From contig MU053762.1 in the NCBI GenBank assembly GCA_013239625.1, positions 23,424 through 87,423 on the forward strand: 64,000 nt of DNA, given 5' to 3'. This DNA is from Lama guanicoe. Its lineage: Eukaryota. The notes under the pieces were generated by a model. The model made no database searches. It was given only the letters and a program-made list of their open reading frames with translations, and was not told where the DNA came from. Position numbers and translations under genes: made by a program. Below, piece after piece: positions 60,891 through 64,000 of the stretch; the stretch's first letter is position 1, and each line of letters starts with the position of its first letter.

Positions 60891-61599
60891 TTAAATGGGT
60901 GAAAATGGAGTAACTGGTGGCATGTTCTTTTTGAGACAATTCTGTGATAGCAGAACCAATGAAAATATCCCTTCTACATCTATAGAATTACTTACGTTAT
61001 GAACTAGTTGTAACCCATGAAGGGGATATGCTTCCTTTCAAGGGAGAAGCTATCACTGATTCAGGGGTCAGCAGGTGCTAGCTGTCGTCTTCATTCTGAA
61101 AAGGACCAGTGAAGCTGCGGACATGCCATGAGGTAAATACTGGAAGTGACAGCAGGTCTCTGCTGATGAAAGCTTCACATGCTTTTCATACTCCTTGAGA
61201 TCTTAAAATGGCAGGTATTCATACTCCCTGCATTTGCACAAGATTCATTTCCCTGATCCACTGTAGTTCTGACTGTGTGGACCCAAGGGCAACGGGGGTG
61301 TCTGAAGCATAATCTGCACGTGGCTGATAGGGTTTCAGCTCCTCACTAGGCAGGATTTTTCTGACCACTGAATAATGCACATTAAAGATCCCATTTTTAA
61401 ACTGTTTTCCTTCCATCTACCTTCTTGGTCATAGTCCAGAAGCATGTACTCAGTGTCCCTGGCTGTTTCTGATGGCTTCCCCAGAGAGAAAGCTACAAAG
61501 AATGTGAATTTCAAGACAGTGAACCACATCATGTTATTTACAGTAACAGCGGGAGGCTGGCTTGCACCTGCAGGGGAGAGCAGAGGGAGTGTTTACAAC

Positions 61600-61830
61600 C
61601 CCTCCTGGAGCCACACTCCTGCATCTGGATCCCAACTCCAATGCTAGCTGTGGGGCCTTGTGCAAATTTCTTAACCTCTAGGGGCTTCAATATCCTCACC
61701 CATATAATGGGGGGATAATAATAGCAATTTATAAGATTATTGTGATGAGTCAGTGATGTACGAATTGTGAAAACAATTAGAACATTAACCACAGGCATGT
61801 GAAAAACTCTGCCTAAGTATTAGCTATGAA
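61600..61830 (+). mobile_element. MIR
   Basis: ctagctgtggggccttgtgcaaatttcttaacctct...tcctcacccatataatgggggataataatag. Confidence 0.7.
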
Positions 61831-62149
61831 TATGGTGACCAAAGTCTTAAAAAGGTGTTTTTCTTAGTTGTTAAGCCATGAGTTTGTAGAGAAAGCATTT
61901 TATTTCCTCCTCTACTCTCTTTCATTATCCTTTTCTTCACAGTTAAGACTTCATGATTGTGAAAGGAATAACTTTTTGGTGTGTGTGTGATTAAATGTGA
62001 AAATTAGTTAAGGCTGAGAAAAATGTATTGTAGAATTTATATTAAGCCTTCCTCTCTTGTACACCATATATAGGCCATTTAAATACTACGCATTTTTAAA
62101 AAGTCTGCATAATAAATTTTTTAATTATGTATTAAATAATCATAATAGT

Positions 62150-62340
62150 TAAAATTCTTTAAATGCGTACTATTGCTTCAGCACACATCTATTTTTCTAA
62201 ATCCTCACAATCGCCCTGTGGGGAAGGTAACGTTATATCTCTTTTACATATGAGGAAATAGAGCCACTGGGAGATGATGCAATTTGCCCCAAATGAAGCA
62301 ACTATTAAGTGAAAGAACTGAAATACCCAAAGAGCCCAAA
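62150..62340 (-). mobile_element. MIR
   Basis: aatcctcacaatcgccctgtg...ttttacatatgaggaaatagag...aatttgcccc. Confidence 0.6.
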
Positions 62341-63279
62341 GACACACTAACTGTAGAGCAATGCCTACTACATGGTGTGTGAAATCAATTCTGATTCATT
62401 TCAGAACATTTACAAACTGGACACATTTCCATTATCCTTCCAAGCACTTAATGGGTTCAGTATTTCTTAAGAAACAGGAAAGCTTTCCATTCTCCTTCCT
62501 CAAGTTTCTTCTTACATATCATCTATTCTGATCATAATTTTAATATTTGCTCATTAAAGAAAATTTGAAAGTACTCAGTAGTGGACAGAACTGCTGTCCT
62601 GGATCTGTCCCCAGTCTTAGAAGAGGACCCAGATTTTGCTTTAGGATAAATAACCTCCCTTCTATATTTAGTCCTGTGATTTAAGCTCGATTGACCCATT
62701 CTTTCTGAAGCACCAGAGGTAGATCTTAGTTGGTTTAAGACAAATAATACCCCTCATTGGCCTCGCACATGATTTGAGAATTGGCAAATAACCCATTAAG
62801 AGCCACTGTTGTCACGAGATACGTGCTGGTGCCCATGTGAATGATGAGCTTCCTCTATCAAGACAGGAAGCTGCCAAAAGAGACCTCTCTTGGCTTGGAT
62901 GGATGTGTGATCTGGGATGCTGTGTGCCTAGAAGCAGCATGCTGAGACACCATTGGACACAGAATGAAGACAGGACAAAACCAGCCCTTGACATCATCTG
63001 GGCTACAGTATCTCTCCTTGACTGAAGCCAGACCTCAGACCTGAGGTTTTCATTTACAGGAACCAATAAATACCATCCATCCCCATTTTTTGGTTGTTGT
63101 TTAAATACATTGGAGATTGATTTTGTCATATACAATCAAAAGACTCCAACTCTGAAAATGAATAAAAAATAAAATAAGAAAAATTCTTCTACATATAGAT
63201 ATAATTCCTTCAGGACTGTTCATTGTTTGTATATTAAAAATCATTTTATATATTAATTTTATTCTCAAGCCTATCATAA

Positions 63280-64000
63280 GCATAACACTTTGACATGTCA
63301 TAAAATATTTCCATGGACACACTTTTTCATGGCTGCATAATATTTTACTATGTGAAGGGTTGGAAGAATATTTTGGCTGAGATTTTATATATATATATAT
63401 AAAAATATGCCTGTGACTTAGATCCATACTGACTTTTCCCTGCCATTTTGAAATACTTCCTGATTAAAAGTTTTTCAAAGCTGAATTAGTGGATTAAAGC
63501 ATATGAATATTTTTGACTCTTGAGATGAACTGCCAGACTGCTTTCTAAGAAGGTTGGAGGAGTACACCGGAAACAAATACAGCACTGTAAATCAACCATA
63601 CTTCACAAAAAATATCCAGCAGCCTAGGCATGGGATTGGTGATTACTGGCACTTCATCCTCAAACAGAGCTATGTCACTTGAGAGGTGGAAAACTATTTC
63701 ATTTTGATGTGCACTGACTGAATTACATTGGAGCCTGACATCTACTTATTTCCTTTGTGAATGTGTGTTCATCTTTGACTTCTCCACTTCTGAGATTTTT
63801 TTGGTGTTATCTTTGAAGTGATCTGAACTCTCTATGTATTAAAGGAATTAGTCCCTTGTCGGATTTGTTAACAAATAACATCCTCTGGTGTTTTGTTTAA
63901 ACTTAGGATGCTTCTGAGGCATGGAAATCTTTATATATTTTCCTCTGAATTTTATTACACATCTAGAGGTTGTATATTCATCCATATTTATTTCTAGTAT
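63280..64000 (-). mobile_element. Ancient L1 (L1ME-like) fragment
   Basis: Degenerate L1 3' ORF2/UTR motifs (ggctgcataatatt, tgccagactgctttctaaga, tttcctttgtgaatgtgtgttcat). Confidence 0.5.

Noticed and set aside
60996..61040. Possible remnant of the preceding ANO6 exon (GAAGCATATCCCCTTCA...GTAAGT, cf. EERIPF)
   Set aside because: Only ~15 nt of similarity, too short, no convincing acceptor, and much closer to the next exon than I recall for the human intron.
61219..61532. Two 65-aa minus-strand ORFs upstream of the ANO6 exons
   Set aside because: No similarity to anoctamin or any protein I recognise, and no clear splice context.

Overview
Mammalian nuclear DNA, most likely camelid, judged from the Vic-1-like tRNA-derived SINEs and the L1 3' ends. 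It is repeat-dense and has no intact protein-coding gene that I can support. Left to right: (1) 1-8.5 kb, old L1 and LTR debris. (2) About 8.5-13.2 kb, an old, heavily mutated nuclear mitochondrial insertion (NUMT) in mitochondrial gene order (12S 3' part, Val, 16S, Leu, ND1, Ile, Gln, Met, ND2, Trp, Ala, Asn), split by an L1 3' end and a SINE. (3) About 14.2-15.45 kb, a degenerate telomere-variant-repeat tract joined directly to (4) a diverged ~247-bp satellite. The satellite is interrupted after its first monomer by a full-length decayed L1 (15.7-23.4 kb, with a nested 5'-inverted L1), then runs to 37.4 kb. It reverses orientation at ~29,541 and is built of monomer-subtype layers with traces of an 8-mer higher-order period. 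(5) 40.7-60.5 kb, minus strand, six intron-separated exons of a non-processed ANO6 (TMEM16F) pseudogene, with frameshifts and stops but all GT/AG splice sites intact, truncated next to the satellite. The most interesting signal is architectural: a telomere-to-satellite junction plus a fold-back satellite array, flanked by a NUMT and a segmental duplication. This looks like a fossil chromosome-end or fusion site, or a relic (peri)centromere. That reading is inference. All family names are from recognition by eye, not database searches.
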